64,000 nt of DNA from Treponemataceae bacterium (GCA_963678065.2 CAXXVZ010000003.1:1-64000), one strand, 5' to 3'. Counted from the first letter of the stretch, positions 1 through 11,067 are shown. Notes: generated from the letters alone by a model not told the origin. Numbers and translations: made by a program.

Positions 1-1606
1 CGCCGACATCGGCCTGCGCGAGCGAGGGGGCGTCGTTCGTGCCGTCGCCGATCATCGCGACGAGATGTCCCTCTCCCTGCTCCGCGCGGATGCGGGCGAG
101 TTTCGCTTCGGGCGTCGCCTCGGCGACGTAGTCGTCGACTCCCGCCTCCGCGGCGATCGCTGCGGCGGTGAGGGGATTGTCCCCGGTGATCATCACCGTG
201 CGGATGCCCATGCGGTGGAGCCTCGCGAATCGATCCTTGATGCCGCCCTTGATCACATCCTTGAGGTGGACGACGCCGAGGGGCCGCGCCCCCCGCGCGA
301 CGATGAGGGGTGTGCCGCCCGAGCCCGCGATGCGGGCCGTCGCGGCGGCGAGCTCTTTCGGAAACTCGCCGCCGCGCTCGCGGACCCAGGCCTCGACCGC
401 TTCAGCCGATCCTTTCCGTATCGATGGCGTGCCGCCATCGAAATCGACGCCGCTCATGCGAGTCGTCGCGCTGAAGGGCACGAAGCGGCCCCCGATCGCC
501 TCGGGGTCGGCCTTCCGGACGCCGTATCGCTCTTTCGCGAAGGCGACGATGGAGCGGCCTTCTGGGGTCTCGTCGGCGAGACTCGCGATTTCAGCGGCCT
601 CCGCGAGTTCGAGTTCCGGGACACCCGGCGCCGGCATGAAGGCGCTGGCCATGCGGTTGCCCATTGTGATCGTGCCGGTTTTATCGAGGAGGAGGACGTC
701 GATGTCTCCCGCGGCCTCTATCGCGCGGCCCGAGGTCGCTATGACGTTCTTCCGCATGAGCCGCGCTATCCCCGAGATTCCGATCGCGGAGAGAAGACCG
801 CCGATCGTCGTCGGGATGAGACAGACGAGGAGGGCGACGAGGGCTTCGGGCTCGACTTTTCCGGCGGGATTGCCCGCGGCCGAGGCGGAGTAGTCCGCGA
901 AGATGTAGAGGCTTCCGACGACGAGTGTGAAAATGAGGGTGAGGGCCGAGAGGAGGATCGAGAGGGCGACTTCTCCGGGGGTCTTCTTCCGCACGGCGTT
1001 CTCGATGAGGGCTATCATCCTGTCGATGAAAGTGTCGCCGGGGTCGCGGGTGATCCGCACGACGATGCGGTCAGAGATGACCCGCGTGCCGCCGGTGACC
1101 GCACTCCGGTCGCCTCCGGATTCGCGGATGACTGGCGCCGACTCGCCCGTGATCGCGGACTCGTCGACGCTCGCGACACCTTCGACAACCTCGCCGTCGC
1201 CGGGAATCATGTCGCCGGCCTCGCAGACGACGAGATCGCCCGCGCGGAGCTCCGGCGCCTTCACGGTTTCGACGACGCCGTCCCCACGCCGGCGCTTGGC
1301 GAGCGTGTCGGAGCGGAGGTTCTTGAGCGAATCCGCGCGGGCCTTGCCCTGCGCCTCGGCGAGACCCTCGGCGAAGTTCGCGAAGAGGAGGGTGAAGAGG
1401 AGCCATATCGAGAGCTGAAGGAGGAAGGACGAAGGCCTTCCGGCCAGCGCCCGGAGGATTGTCGAGGTCGCGACATAGATCGTGCCGAGATAGGTCACGA
1501 ACATGACGGGATTCCGGAATTCCGCGGCGGGATGGAGCTTCGCGAAGGCGCTCAAAGCGGCCTTTCTGAATATGTCCGGCGTGAACAGCTTTGTTTCGTG
1601 TTTCAC
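1..1606 (-). CDS. kdpB: K+-transporting ATPase subunit B (3' end beyond window)
   Basis: Manual translation from GTG after [42 protein letters not shown]; contains DKTGTIT phosphorylation motif, TGES, and GDGTNDAP near the window edge; follows kdpA. Confidence 0.96.
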   Translation of the reverse strand, partial: MKHETKLFTPDIFRKAALSAFAKLHPAAEFRNPVMFVTYLGTIYVATSTILRALAGRPSSFLLQLSIWLLFTLLFANFAEGLAEAQGKARADSLKNLRSDTLAKRRRGDGVVETVKAPELRAGDLVVCEAGDMIPGDGEVVEGVASVDESAITGESAPVIRESGGDRSAVTGGTRVISDRIVVRITRDPGDTFIDRMIALIENAVRKKTPGEVALSILLSALTLIFTLVVGSLYIFADYSASAAGNPAGKVEPEALVALLVCLIPTTIGGLLSAIGISGIARLMRKNVIATSGRAIEAAGDIDVLLLDKTGTITMGNRMASAFMPAPGVPELELAEAAEIASLADETPEGRSIVAFAKERYGVRKADPEAIGGRFVPFSATTRMSGVDFDGGTPSIRKGSAEAVEAWVRERGGEFPKELAAATARIAGSGGTPLIVARGARPLGVVHLKDVIKGGIKDRFARLHRMGIRTVMITGDNPLTAAAIAAEAGVDDYVAEATPEAKLARIRAEQGEGHLVAMIGDGTNDAPSLAQADVG

Positions 1607-1620
1607 GGTGAGTTCCTTTT

Positions 1621-3447
1621 TTAGAAGAGACGGCCGGACGCGGCGAGGAAGTGCTCCGCGATCGGACCGAGGGCGAGTGCAGGGAAGAACGTGAGGCCGC
1701 CCACGATGACGACTATCGCACAGAGGAGGAGGGCGAACGAAACTGTGTCCGTCCGGAAGGTGCCCGCGCTCTCGGGGATGGGGCGTTTTGCGGCGAGGCT
1801 TCCCGCGATGGCGAGCGCCGGCCAGATGACGCAGTAGCGGCCGACGAGCATGCCGAGGCCCATCATCGTATTGTAGAAGGGGGTGTTGGTGGCGAGTCCT
1901 GCGAGGGCCGAGCCGTTGTTGCCCGCGGCGCTTGTGAAGGCGTAGAAAACTTCGGTGAAACCGCGGGGACCCGCGTTGAGGATCGAAGCCCGCGCCGAGG
2001 GGATGACGAGGGCGATCGCCGAGAAGACGAGTATGATGAAGTTGGGTGCGATGACACCGAGCATCGCGAGCTGGACCTCCCGCGACTCGATCTTGCGGCC
2101 CAGGAGCTCGGGCCCCCGTCCGACCATGAGTCCCGCGATGAAGACGGAGATGATGGCGAAGAGGAGAATGCCGTAGACGCCGGCGCCGACGCCGCCGAAG
2201 ACAACCTCGCCGAGGGTTATGAAGAATGTCGCCACGAGGACGAGGATGGGCGATCCGGACGCGAGCATGCCGTTTACGGAGCCATTCGAAACGGCGGTGG
2301 TGAAGGCCGACCAGACCGCTGTATCGACGATCCCGAACCTTGTCTCCTTGCCCTCGAGCGCGGGGAGCCCGCCGAGGGCGGGGTTCGGCGCCGACTCCGC
2401 TGCGACTGTCGCGATGAGACCCACGATCAGGAGCAGCGCCATCGCGCCGAAAAGCGCCATTCCCTGTTTTCGCTTCCCGACGATCTCGCCGAAGAGGAAG
2501 GGGAAGGCCGCGGGGAGGAGGAGAATGGCGACGAGTTCGACGAAATTGGAGAGCGGTGTCGGGTTTTCGAAGGGGTGGGCCGAGTTGACTCCAAAGAATC
2601 CTCCGCCGTTCGATCCGACCTGCTTGATGGCGATCTGACTCGCGGCCGGTCCCATCGGAACAAGAGTGGCCTTGCCCTCGAGGGTCGTCGCCGCGGCGTA
2701 GTGCGAGAAGTTCTGCGGGACACCCTGCGAGACGAGGAAGAGTGCGACGACGAGGGAGAGTGGCAGGAGGACGTAGATCGTCGTGCGGACGAGATCGACC
2801 CAGAAATTGCCGAGCCTGCTCGGCCTGAAGGCCTCAGGCCCGCGGCGTCGTTCGGGAGCTTCGGCCGCGCCGTTCTTCGGGGTTGTGTTGCCCCTTGGCG
2901 TTGTGTCGCTCTTCGGGGCCGCGCCGGGCTCTTCGATGGCGCCAAACGGCTGCTTTCTTCCGGTGGGCCGGGCGAAAGCGCGCGCGAAGGCGAGAGCCAC
3001 CGCCGCTCCTGTCGCGCAGCTCGCGAAATTCTGCACGGCGAGACCGAGCATCTGGGAGAAGTAGCTCAGGCTGGTCTCGCCTGAATAGGACTGCCAGTTC
3101 GTGTTCGTGACGAAGGAAATCGCCGTGTTGAGCGCGAGATGCCAGGAGAGGTTCGGGAAGCGCTGTGGATTGAGAGGCAGCCAGGCCTGCGTCATGAGGA
3201 TGAGGACGAGGAGGACAAGCCCGAGGGCGTTGAAAACGAGGAGGGCGGCGAGATAATCCTTCCACCCCATATCCTGTTTCTCGTCGATCCCCGCGACCTT
3301 ATAGAAGGCACGCTCGATCGGTGCGAGGAAGGAAAGGAAATGCCGGTCCCCGCGGTAGACCTTCGCGAGGTAGCGGCCCAGAAAAGGCGCCGGGATGAAG
3401 GCTGCGAGGACGATGGCGAGTATCTTGAGAATCGTGGTGGCATTCAT
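1621..3447 (-). CDS. kdpA: K+-transporting ATPase subunit A
   Basis: Motifs [53 protein letters not shown]. Confidence 0.97.
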   Translation of the reverse strand: MNATTILKILAIVLAAFIPAPFLGRYLAKVYRGDRHFLSFLAPIERAFYKVAGIDEKQDMGWKDYLAALLVFNALGLVLLVLILMTQAWLPLNPQRFPNLSWHLALNTAISFVTNTNWQSYSGETSLSYFSQMLGLAVQNFASCATGAAVALAFARAFARPTGRKQPFGAIEEPGAAPKSDTTPRGNTTPKNGAAEAPERRRGPEAFRPSRLGNFWVDLVRTTIYVLLPLSLVVALFLVSQGVPQNFSHYAAATTLEGKATLVPMGPAASQIAIKQVGSNGGGFFGVNSAHPFENPTPLSNFVELVAILLLPAAFPFLFGEIVGKRKQGMALFGAMALLLIVGLIATVAAESAPNPALGGLPALEGKETRFGIVDTAVWSAFTTAVSNGSVNGMLASGSPILVLVATFFITLGEVVFGGVGAGVYGILLFAIISVFIAGLMVGRGPELLGRKIESREVQLAMLGVIAPNFIILVFSAIALVIPSARASILNAGPRGFTEVFYAFTSAAGNNGSALAGLATNTPFYNTMMGLGMLVGRYCVIWPALAIAGSLAAKRPIPESAGTFRTDTVSFALLLCAIVVIVGGLTFFPALALGPIAEHFLAASGRLF

Positions 3448-3459
3448 GGTATGCCTCCG

Positions 3460-3549
3460 TCAGAATCGTTCGGGATGGACGAGCGCGTACGCGAGGTAAA
3501 CGACGACGACGGCGCAGAGAACGCCGGCAGCCACTAAGGACATGTTCAT
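3460..3549 (-). CDS. kdpF: K+-transporting ATPase subunit F (29 aa)
   Basis: Not in ORF track; AAGGAG RBS then MNMSLVAAGVLCAVVVVYLAYALVHPERF*, typical YL..AL..PERF end, directly upstream of kdpA. Confidence 0.93.
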   Translation of the reverse strand: MNMSLVAAGVLCAVVVVYLAYALVHPERF

Positions 3550-3630
3550 CGGGTACTCCTTCATGGAGTCTAGCGTACCCGAGAGCGCGCGGTAATGGCC
3601 ATTCGAAGAATGTTAACTTTGAAGGAGGAG

Positions 3631-3650
3631 GCATTAAGGAGGTGTTAAGA
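3631..3650 (-). promoter_or_regulatory. Candidate KdpE (OmpR-family) binding direct repeat
   Basis: Minus strand CTTAAC-ACCTC-CTTAAT, 11-bp period, upstream of kdpF. Confidence 0.45.
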
Positions 3651-3690
3651 CGCGAAAGATGTCCGCGTACAGAAAGAGGGACCGGAGTCC

Positions 3691-4143
3691 TTATCTGGGA
3701 AGCCTGCCGAAGAAGCGGACGAAGCCGCGGTGGAAGGCGTGGATCGATCCGACGGGCTCGGCGAACATCATGATGCAGCGGCCGGAGACGGCTTCCATGT
3801 TTTTCTCGCGACAGAAGTCGGTAGCCTCGGGGCTCTGCGCGCCCTGTTGGATCCATACGCGGGTGATGCCCTGCTCCCAGGCTTCCTTCACGACTGTGGC
3901 GGTCTGGGTCTTGGGGGTGAAGATGATGAGGCCGTCGGGTTTTTCGGGAAGGGCCGCGAGGGATGGGTAGCAGATCTCGCCATCGACGGTGGCGGCGTTG
4001 GGGTTGATGGGGAGGATGCGGAATCCCTTGGCCTTGAGTTCCTTGTGGACGTTGTTGCTCATCGACTGGCCCGAGCGGGAAATGCCGGCGAGGGCGAAAG
4101 TTTTGCCGGTGAAAAATGTCTCGATGTCTTTCTTCGTGTTCAT
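3691..4143 (-). CDS. CoA-binding protein (YccU-like)
   Basis: Start reassigned to MNTKKDIETFF after GGGGAG; motifs ILPINP, CYPSLAALPEKPD, VWIQQG, GRCIMMF. Confidence 0.88.
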   Translation of the reverse strand: MNTKKDIETFFTGKTFALAGISRSGQSMSNNVHKELKAKGFRILPINPNAATVDGEICYPSLAALPEKPDGLIIFTPKTQTATVVKEAWEQGITRVWIQQGAQSPEATDFCREKNMEAVSGRCIMMFAEPVGSIHAFHRGFVRFFGRLPR

Positions 4144-4255
4144 GGCTGCTCCCCTGTCTGGAAATGTTTCCTGTCGGCGTGACTCATTGAATCCGCCGAT
4201 GGCTGCCGTATTCGTCACAATGATATCGCGGCTCCGGGAGAAAAACCAGGATCGC

Positions 4256-5983
4256 CTATCCGTGGCGGGGAGCGACGACTCCGGGATCGCGTCGGGTCGT
4301 GAAACCCTTTCCCGTGAAGGACTGCTCCTCGTTCCCCTTGATCGCAATGTGATATTCGACGCCCTGGAATGCGATGCTCCCCGAGACTGTCCGCGCGCTC
4401 ATGCCGATGATTCCCGAGAGGTTTCCCGAGCGGTCCGTGACGAGGCGGATGCCCGCGGGGAAGCGCGCGAAGACTTCGCCGTCGCGGAGGATGACGCAGT
4501 CCGATGCGGTGTTCCGGAGGCTGAACTCCGCGCCGTCGATCTTCCGGGCGTAAGCGGTAAAGGCTGCGCCGGCGCGGCTGGCATCGCTGGCTATTCCTGT
4601 CCCGCTGGCGTCGCCAGCTATTCCTGTTCCGCTGGCGATGACGGTGCCAAGACAGGAAGGAAGGAGGCCCGTGAACCAGATTTGTCCCTCGGGGCGGGGC
4701 ATGATGCCGCAGAGCCGCTCGACGTAGTCGAGGAGGCAGAGCATGGTCGGCGTGTATCCCTCGGTGAACCCCTCGTCGCCCGTCCATGGGCTCAGACACT
4801 GCGGAAACCGCGTGAACCGCAGGGTGGCCGAGAGGGTGGGTTGCATGAGCCAGGTGAGTTCGACGTGCCGGCCGTGGTGCTCGAAGGCCGCGGGGGCCCT
4901 GACCAGGCTGAGGAAGTTGACGGGCCCGGCCCAGCTGTTGTATCCGCTCGCGGGGTCGAATCGCGGATCGTCGAGCGCTATCGACGTGAGCGGGTAGCGC
5001 GAAAAGAACTTGCGCGTGTTGAGAAGGTAGCGGCCGAGCGAGGATTCGAAGAAGGAATCGTCGCCGACTTCGCAGGCGAGGACGCGCAGAAGGACATCGG
5101 ACTGTATCCGCACGAAGTTGCCCAAGCGGTCGCGGTCGTAGAAGAAGCCATCCGCGGGGTCGAAGCAGTGGCGCATGAGGCTTTCTGTGCTGGCCTTTGC
5201 CGCGGCCTCCCATGTGCACGCCGCCTGCACGTCGCCGAGTTCGCGCGCTATGAGGGCGAGGTACCGGCGCTGGCAGGCCACGTTGGCCGTGAGGTCGGGG
5301 GCGAGGAAGGGCAGAAGGGGCGAGTCCGGGTCGAAGCGCGCGGCGTCCTCGCCGAAGCAGGTGTCGGGGACGTGCCAGAAGCGGGGCGAGAGGTCGTGGC
5401 CCGTGTCGAAGGTGCAGAACGCCTCGACGCAGCCGGTCCTGCGCGTATCCCTGTGGAGGGCGAGCCATCTGTCGAATCTCGCCATCGCGCCATACATTTC
5501 CGCGAGAAAGCTTCTGTCCTTGCCGTTGAGGAGATAGTGCGTCCAGACCGATCTCGCGAGGGGACTGACCATCTGGATCTGCCGGTAGGCCGCGCCGGAG
5601 GGCAGAATTTTGTAGGGCATGAGACCGTCTTCGCGCATATGGCGGGCGAAGAGCCTGAAAGTGTCCGCGGCGAGATCGGGAAGGAAGCGCGAGAGGATTT
5701 CAGCGGAAATGCTGCCCGTGCTCTCGAGCCAGCAGCCGCGGTAGGGGCCTCCCTCGATCAGCATGGGCGACCCCCGCGAGGTTCCCGACGCCATCCCCGC
5801 GGGAGAGGGGAGGGTGGAGGCGAGGAGCTCCGAGGCGGCCCGGCGGTGAATCGCCTCGAGTCCAGGGCCCGAGCAGCAAAATCCGATTCCGGGGAGCGGG
5901 AAGGGTGCACCTTCCGCAGCGTCGGCGGCGACATCGGCGGATGCGGCGGCGGCGGACGCGGCGGCGGCGGATGCGGCTGTCAT
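4256..5983 (-). CDS. MGH1/GH63-like (alpha/alpha)6 glycoside hydrolase
   Basis: EGGPYRGCWLE, DTGHDLSPRF, DGFFYDRD, SWAGP motifs; last gene of a sugar ABC/GH43 operon, overlapping the GH43 stop. Confidence 0.7.
   Translation of the reverse strand: MTAASAAAASAAAASADVAADAAEGAPFPLPGIGFCCSGPGLEAIHRRAASELLASTLPSPAGMASGTSRGSPMLIEGGPYRGCWLESTGSISAEILSRFLPDLAADTFRLFARHMREDGLMPYKILPSGAAYRQIQMVSPLARSVWTHYLLNGKDRSFLAEMYGAMARFDRWLALHRDTRRTGCVEAFCTFDTGHDLSPRFWHVPDTCFGEDAARFDPDSPLLPFLAPDLTANVACQRRYLALIARELGDVQAACTWEAAAKASTESLMRHCFDPADGFFYDRDRLGNFVRIQSDVLLRVLACEVGDDSFFESSLGRYLLNTRKFFSRYPLTSIALDDPRFDPASGYNSWAGPVNFLSLVRAPAAFEHHGRHVELTWLMQPTLSATLRFTRFPQCLSPWTGDEGFTEGYTPTMLCLLDYVERLCGIMPRPEGQIWFTGLLPSCLGTVIASGTGIAGDASGTGIASDASRAGAAFTAYARKIDGAEFSLRNTASDCVILRDGEVFARFPAGIRLVTDRSGNLSGIIGMSARTVSGSIAFQGVEYHIAIKGNEEQSFTGKGFTTRRDPGVVAPRHG
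4577..4636. repeat. In-frame 27-bp tandem duplication (ASGTGIA[G/S]D)
   Basis: gctggcatcgctggctattcctgtccc / gctggcgtcgccagctattcctgttcc / gctggc. Confidence 0.85.
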
Positions 5984-6891
5984 TCCCTACTCCCTTCCGT
6001 CTCGCTGCGGACCCGTATGCTTCTTCCTGTCTCTTCCAGCTCGATGAAGACCGGTCGCTCGAGGGGGGTGGAATTGGGCGCGTGGACTGTCATGAAGATC
6101 TTTCCGTCGAGGGAGCGGAAGAGCATGCCGTGCCCGGAGTCGGTGTCGGCGATGGGTTTCTCTTCCTGTACCCAGGGCCCCTCTATCGCACCACTCTCCG
6201 ACCGGGCGATGCCCATCGCGTAACCGGATTCCGAGAAGCTCGACCAGAGCATGAGGAGAGTTCCCGCCCGGGTGCGCCAGAGGAAGGGGCCGTCGGTGAC
6301 GCGCGCGCGCGGGTCGATGCTTCGCCGTTTCGATCGCGGAGGGCGGGTCCAGGGCGCCTCTGACGCGCGGAAGAGGAGGACCGACTCGCCGGCCGGCTCG
6401 CGGAGGTCGGCCGACAGCCTCCTCGCGCGGATCTCTCCGTCGGTGATCTGGACCCACTCGTGGCAGAAGACGATCCATGGATCGCCGTTCGCGTCGACGT
6501 GGAGGGTCCCGTCGAGGCACTCCCACTGTGAGGGAGTCACGGGACCGACGGAGTGCGGCGCGTATGGCCCCCCGGGCCGGTCCGATACGAGAATCTGGGT
6601 GCCCCGTCTGGCGGTCTCGGATTTGAAGCTCGCGAAGAGGTAGTAGCGGCCCATGTATTCGTGGGCTTCGGGAGCCCAGAAATTGCGGGTTGCCCAGAAA
6701 CCGGCCTCGGGCCGGAACGCAGGGAAGGGGCCTTCCCAGCGCTCGAGATCTCTGCCCGCGTAGACGTCGAAGCCTGTTCCGGGCCCGTCCCAGCAGTCGG
6801 TATCCGTCGTTCCGAAAAGGTAATAGTGCCCGCTCGCCGGGTGGGGAAGAATGAAGGGATCGCGTATCTGGATATCAGCGTTCGTTTTCAT
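5980..6891 (-). CDS. Glycoside hydrolase family 43 protein
   Basis: IRDPFI, FWAPE, CLDG, TDGPF, GHGMLF beta-propeller motifs; no signal peptide. Confidence 0.9.
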   Translation of the reverse strand: MKTNADIQIRDPFILPHPASGHYYLFGTTDTDCWDGPGTGFDVYAGRDLERWEGPFPAFRPEAGFWATRNFWAPEAHEYMGRYYLFASFKSETARRGTQILVSDRPGGPYAPHSVGPVTPSQWECLDGTLHVDANGDPWIVFCHEWVQITDGEIRARRLSADLREPAGESVLLFRASEAPWTRPPRSKRRSIDPRARVTDGPFLWRTRAGTLLMLWSSFSESGYAMGIARSESGAIEGPWVQEEKPIADTDSGHGMLFRSLDGKIFMTVHAPNSTPLERPVFIELEETGRSIRVRSETEGSRE

Positions 6892-9242
6892 GATTCTTTC
6901 CTTGTACTATTCTGGCTGTCGGATAGTTTGCGGAAGTCGGAAGGCGACATGCCGGTGACGCGCTTGAATGCCCGCCGGAAGCTCGGCCCCTGGTAGCCTG
7001 TCCTCTTTGCGACGAGGTCGACCGAGAGATCGGAGCGCGAGAGCAAGTCCTTCGCCCTATCCATCCGGGCCGACTCTATGGTTTCGGATATGCACTCACC
7101 CGTCTGTTCCTTGTAGAGATTGGAGAGGTAGTTCTCCGAAATGCAGAGCCTCCTCGCCACGAGGGCGAGTCCGAGTTCAGGGTCTGCGTAATTCGCGAAG
7201 ATAAAATCGCGGGCCTGCGTCGAAAGTTTAGAGTTGTGGCTGCGTTTCGCGATTTCGCCGACCGCGATCATGTCGGCGAAGACCGTGCGTATCGAGGAAA
7301 AGGAAGATGCGCCGGTCGCCGGGTCGGGGCTGTGATAGAGCCTGTCTTTGAAAGCTCCCGATTCTCCGGCATAGTCGGGCAGGAGACGAAGGGCAGTCCC
7401 GCGCAGCGCGGCGGCGAAATCGCGCGTCTCCTGGGGCGTCAGGACCCGCTCCTCGAAGTTGCTGCGCAGCACCGCGTCGAAGAGCGAATCGAAGAGTTCG
7501 CGATTCGCGGAGCGGACGGCCTTCATGAGCGACTCTTCGACATCGAGCGGATAAACGAAGCCGCCCGCCGGCATCGGAAGGTCGGCATAGAAGCGTATCT
7601 CGGGATATACGGTGACGGCCGGCCTCCGCAAGGCCGTTTCGGCCTGGGCGAAGGAGAGCTGCAGGAGGAAGGGGTCCTCGACGGGATCTCCGACCCCGAA
7701 AGAGAAGGCGTTGTGAAACTCGGGCGCCGCCGCGGCGCGCACGGCCTCTGCCACCTTCGTGGCCGCGCCGCGCCTGTCATCCTCTCCCGACAGGATGAAG
7801 GCGGTTTCGCCGGGTGAGAGCGGGACCGTGTATTCGCCAGGAGCGAGGAAGCGCTCTCCTCCCGATCGGTCCGTATCCGCCGCAAAGGGCAGCGAAGCAG
7901 CATCCCCGGCGTCGCCGGGGGCCATCATTCTGCACAAAAGGACAAAGCGCGACCTTTCCCCGAGCCCGATTCCGAGACGTTCTTTCTCCCGCGTGAAGCT
8001 CTCCCTGTCCCAATAGGCCCCGTCGAAGAGACGGCGGAAAAATTCGATGCGGGCGATGCGCTCGGCTTCCCTGACCTCCTCCTCCAGCCTGGAGCGGGAA
8101 TCGGAGAGGCCGGCGATCGCCTTTTCGACCCGTTCGTAGACACTCGAGCCTGAGTCTTCTTGGCGCATCGAGTCTCCGATGAGGAGAGAGAAGAGTTTTC
8201 CGAGCGGTTTGGAGTGCGAGTAGGCGAACCAGTAGGAGACCGCGCAGCCTCCGAAGAAGCCGAAACCGAGGATGAGGAGGGCCGCATCGCGCACGGCGCG
8301 GGTATCCGCGAGCACCTTTTTCACGTTGAGCGCCGCCACATAGTCCCACCCCGTGATGGACGAGTGGGCCCTGTACGTCCGATATGTCTCGGAGCCGATG
8401 CGGACCATCCCTATGCTGCCAGGCTTCGTCGCCGGGTCGGCCCGAACCGGCCTGTCCGCGACTGTGCGGCTCCCTGCTTTCTTTTCTGGAGACCCGCGCG
8501 TTTTCGAAGCCAGGCGTTCGGCCTCCGAGTCGGTCGCGGCGACAAGTCTTCCATCCTGGTCGTATATGGCCACCCAGCCGCCGTACTTTTCCGGCAGACC
8601 GAGGAGAAGGCGGTTCAGATTGCGGCCTTCGATGACCCCGATGAGGGCGCCTCGGTTGTAGGCGCCGTAGCCGATCGGCCGCACCGCGAGGTGGCTCTCG
8701 GATTTCAGCCCGGAGAAGGAGGTGGCCATGCGCGTGTAGATCGTCTCGTCGCCGGAATCGCTCAGAACGGCGACACGGAAGGTTTCGCGGTCGTAGCCAT
8801 CGGCGGAAAACACGGGGCCGTAAAACGAAGAGAAATCGGAGAATCCGTTCTCGTAGGCGATGATCTCCGGTTTGGCGAAGTACAGGAAGCAGTGGCTGAG
8901 GAGGTCGTTTCCGAGAACGAAGGACGAGAGTTTGTCCGAGATACGCTTGAGATTGTATGTCTCGATGGGGCTGAAGGGGCCGGGATTGTTGAGGTAGAAG
9001 TTGATCTCGTAGTCGATCGCGAACTGCGCCGCCACCTTCTGTATGTCGAGAAGCTGGCGGTCCACGGTGGCGAGGCTCGCGACGAGCTGGTTCGTGGCCA
9101 GCTCGTCCACATCGTTCCGGATTGTCCGGGCCGAGAAGGCGTAGAAGACGACGGCCACGAGGGCGGGCAGGACGAGGATGAGAAGGTTCGCGACTATGTA
9201 TTTCCTGAAAAAGTCACGGGTGGCCCCGGTAGGTTTTTCCAT
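6888..9242 (-). CDS. Membrane-anchored AraC-family regulator (YesS/YtdP-like)
   Basis: Two hydrophobic helices flanking a ~300-aa external domain, C-terminal AraC HTH (ISENYLSNLYKEQTG, FRRAFKRVTGMSPSDFR); start 9242 preferred because 9311 lies in a hairpin. Confidence 0.88.
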   Translation of the reverse strand: MEKPTGATRDFFRKYIVANLLILVLPALVAVVFYAFSARTIRNDVDELATNQLVASLATVDRQLLDIQKVAAQFAIDYEINFYLNNPGPFSPIETYNLKRISDKLSSFVLGNDLLSHCFLYFAKPEIIAYENGFSDFSSFYGPVFSADGYDRETFRVAVLSDSGDETIYTRMATSFSGLKSESHLAVRPIGYGAYNRGALIGVIEGRNLNRLLLGLPEKYGGWVAIYDQDGRLVAATDSEAERLASKTRGSPEKKAGSRTVADRPVRADPATKPGSIGMVRIGSETYRTYRAHSSITGWDYVAALNVKKVLADTRAVRDAALLILGFGFFGGCAVSYWFAYSHSKPLGKLFSLLIGDSMRQEDSGSSVYERVEKAIAGLSDSRSRLEEEVREAERIARIEFFRRLFDGAYWDRESFTREKERLGIGLGERSRFVLLCRMMAPGDAGDAASLPFAADTDRSGGERFLAPGEYTVPLSPGETAFILSGEDDRRGAATKVAEAVRAAAAPEFHNAFSFGVGDPVEDPFLLQLSFAQAETALRRPAVTVYPEIRFYADLPMPAGGFVYPLDVEESLMKAVRSANRELFDSLFDAVLRSNFEERVLTPQETRDFAAALRGTALRLLPDYAGESGAFKDRLYHSPDPATGASSFSSIRTVFADMIAVGEIAKRSHNSKLSTQARDFIFANYADPELGLALVARRLCISENYLSNLYKEQTGECISETIESARMDRAKDLLSRSDLSVDLVAKRTGYQGPSFRRAFKRVTGMSPSDFRKLSDSQNSTRKES

Positions 9243-9295
9243 CGCCAGATAAGTATACACGAAGCCGTCCGCGCTGCGCAGTCTTTTCGTCACGA

Positions 9296-9327
9296 GGGAC
9301 GATCCATCCATTCCGGCGGATCGTCCC
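9296..9327 (-). terminator. Stem-loop after solute-binding protein gene
   Basis: Perfect 10-bp inverted repeat gggacgatcc / ggatcgtccc; no clear U-tract. Confidence 0.5.
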
Positions 9328-9348
9328 CTTGAGGCGCATATCGCCGGA

Positions 9349-11004
9349 TCAGTCCAGAGATGCTGTGTAGGCGTCCTGGAGGATCTTCAGGTAGCGGGAG
9401 AGCCCGATCTGGTTGAGCTGTTTGACGTAGTCGTCCCACTTCTTGTCGATGTCGAGGTCGCCGATGATGAACCGATCCACCGATTCGCCGACATAGGCGT
9501 GGATCGTCCTGCGCAGGTCATTGAACTCGGTCGCATCCTTTTCGGATACGGAGGCCGTGGCGTAGGGATAGCGGGCGATCTTGTAGGGTTCGTAGAGCTT
9601 GGTCGCGTTGTAGAGGAACTCCTCGTAGGAGAATCCCGCGGACTTGGCGAACTCGTTCTTGAGATCGCGGGTCCAGATAGGGCCTAGGTTGATCTGGGCA
9701 TTGTCGTCGGGGGTCAGGACCTTGAGGTACTTGTAGTTGGCCGGCTTGCCGTTGAGCGCGATGAGGCCTTCCTTGGGGTCGACCTTGGTCCAGTGGATTC
9801 CCTCCACACCCTTGTCGACGAGGGCCGACTCGAGCTTGAAGAAGCTGTCGCCCCAGAGGAAGGCGACGACGGGGTTCCTGCACTTGTCGGTTATGACGAA
9901 CTGGCCGGGCTGGATGACCTGGTCGATGATCCAGGGCGTGTAGCGCTTGCCCTGCGGCCCCGCGACGGGAGGAAGGGCCACGAACTGGTGGAAGGGCGCC
10001 TTGAGGTCGTCGGAGAGGCTCGCGAAATTGCCGGGATGGTGGGACGCGACGGCTCCGACCTTGACGATGTCTCCGTCCACGAGGGGCTTGATCTGGGCCT
10101 TGTCCTGGGTGAGGCCGGCCACGTCGATGAGGCCTTCCTTGAACATCTTGGCGATGTACTTGAGCCCTTCCTTGAACTCGGGCTTGTCTGCGTTGAAGAA
10201 AACTTTCCTGTTGATGATGAACTCATAGTTGTTGAGAGTAGCATCGGCTCCGTCGTCCGGGCCGCCGGCCGGGATGAAGGCGTTCATGAGCCACATGGCA
10301 AGGTCTTCCTGACTGCGCTTGGCGCCGGTGAGGGGGATCTCGTCGGCGATGCCGTTGCCGTTCGGATCTCTGGTCTTGAAGGCCTTGAGGACGGTGTACA
10401 GCTCCTCGAGGGTGGTCGGCATCTTGAGCCCGAGCTTGGTGAGCCAGGCCTGGTTGATCCAGAGCTTCTGGCGCATCGTCATGTGGTAGTCGTCGGTGAA
10501 GACCGCGGGCAGTCCGTAGATCTTTCCGTCGGGGCTCATCATGGCTTGCTTCATCTCGGGGTCGGATTTGATCAGCTCTTTGACATACACGCCGTAGGCA
10601 TCGATCATATCGTTGAGCGGAAGGAAGCTGCCCTGGCGTCCGTAGCGGTAGAGATCCTGGACGGAGAGACCTGAGCCCGACATGCCGAAGATGATGTCCG
10701 GATAGTCGCCCGAAGCCATCATGATGGAGAGCTTGTTCTTCGCGTCGACCTTGCTCGTCTCGATCCACTCGATCTTGACGTTGGTCAGCTTCTCGTGCCA
10801 GACCGCGCTCGCATTGGTCTTGAAGTCCTTGATGAAGCCGATGCTGGGGACGAAGACCTTGAGGGTGATCGGGTCCTTGACGATGGGGTACTGCCCGGGC
10901 GTGTTGATCTTGGCCGGGTCCTTGGGCAGGAATTTGGCCTGGGCGCCGGCGCTCGTGACGGCCAGGCAGGCGATGGCGAGCATCGCGGCGAAAATTCGCT
11001 TCAT
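9349..11004 (-). CDS. Carbohydrate ABC transporter substrate-binding protein (LplA-like)
   Basis: AAGGAGG RBS, signal peptide MKRIFAAMLAIACLAVTSAGA, ASGDYPD, LKAFKTRDPNGNG. Confidence 0.92.
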   Translation of the reverse strand: MKRIFAAMLAIACLAVTSAGAQAKFLPKDPAKINTPGQYPIVKDPITLKVFVPSIGFIKDFKTNASAVWHEKLTNVKIEWIETSKVDAKNKLSIMMASGDYPDIIFGMSGSGLSVQDLYRYGRQGSFLPLNDMIDAYGVYVKELIKSDPEMKQAMMSPDGKIYGLPAVFTDDYHMTMRQKLWINQAWLTKLGLKMPTTLEELYTVLKAFKTRDPNGNGIADEIPLTGAKRSQEDLAMWLMNAFIPAGGPDDGADATLNNYEFIINRKVFFNADKPEFKEGLKYIAKMFKEGLIDVAGLTQDKAQIKPLVDGDIVKVGAVASHHPGNFASLSDDLKAPFHQFVALPPVAGPQGKRYTPWIIDQVIQPGQFVITDKCRNPVVAFLWGDSFFKLESALVDKGVEGIHWTKVDPKEGLIALNGKPANYKYLKVLTPDDNAQINLGPIWTRDLKNEFAKSAGFSYEEFLYNATKLYEPYKIARYPYATASVSEKDATEFNDLRRTIHAYVGESVDRFIIGDLDIDKKWDDYVKQLNQIGLSRYLKILQDAYTASLD

Positions 11005-11067
11005 GCAAACCTCCTTAAAAATCGAAACGTGGAAACGTGGTGAACGCGGGCGCTTGTGCCGCCCCAC

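Noticed and set aside
65..3084. 519-aa and 477-aa plus-strand ORFs
   Set aside because: Antisense to kdpB and kdpA, which carry clear motifs
4577..4636. Short repeats as CRISPR or mobile repeat
   Set aside because: In-frame tandem duplication without spacers; no cas genes in the window
3989..6223. 744-aa plus-strand ORF
   Set aside because: Antisense shadow over three minus-strand genes
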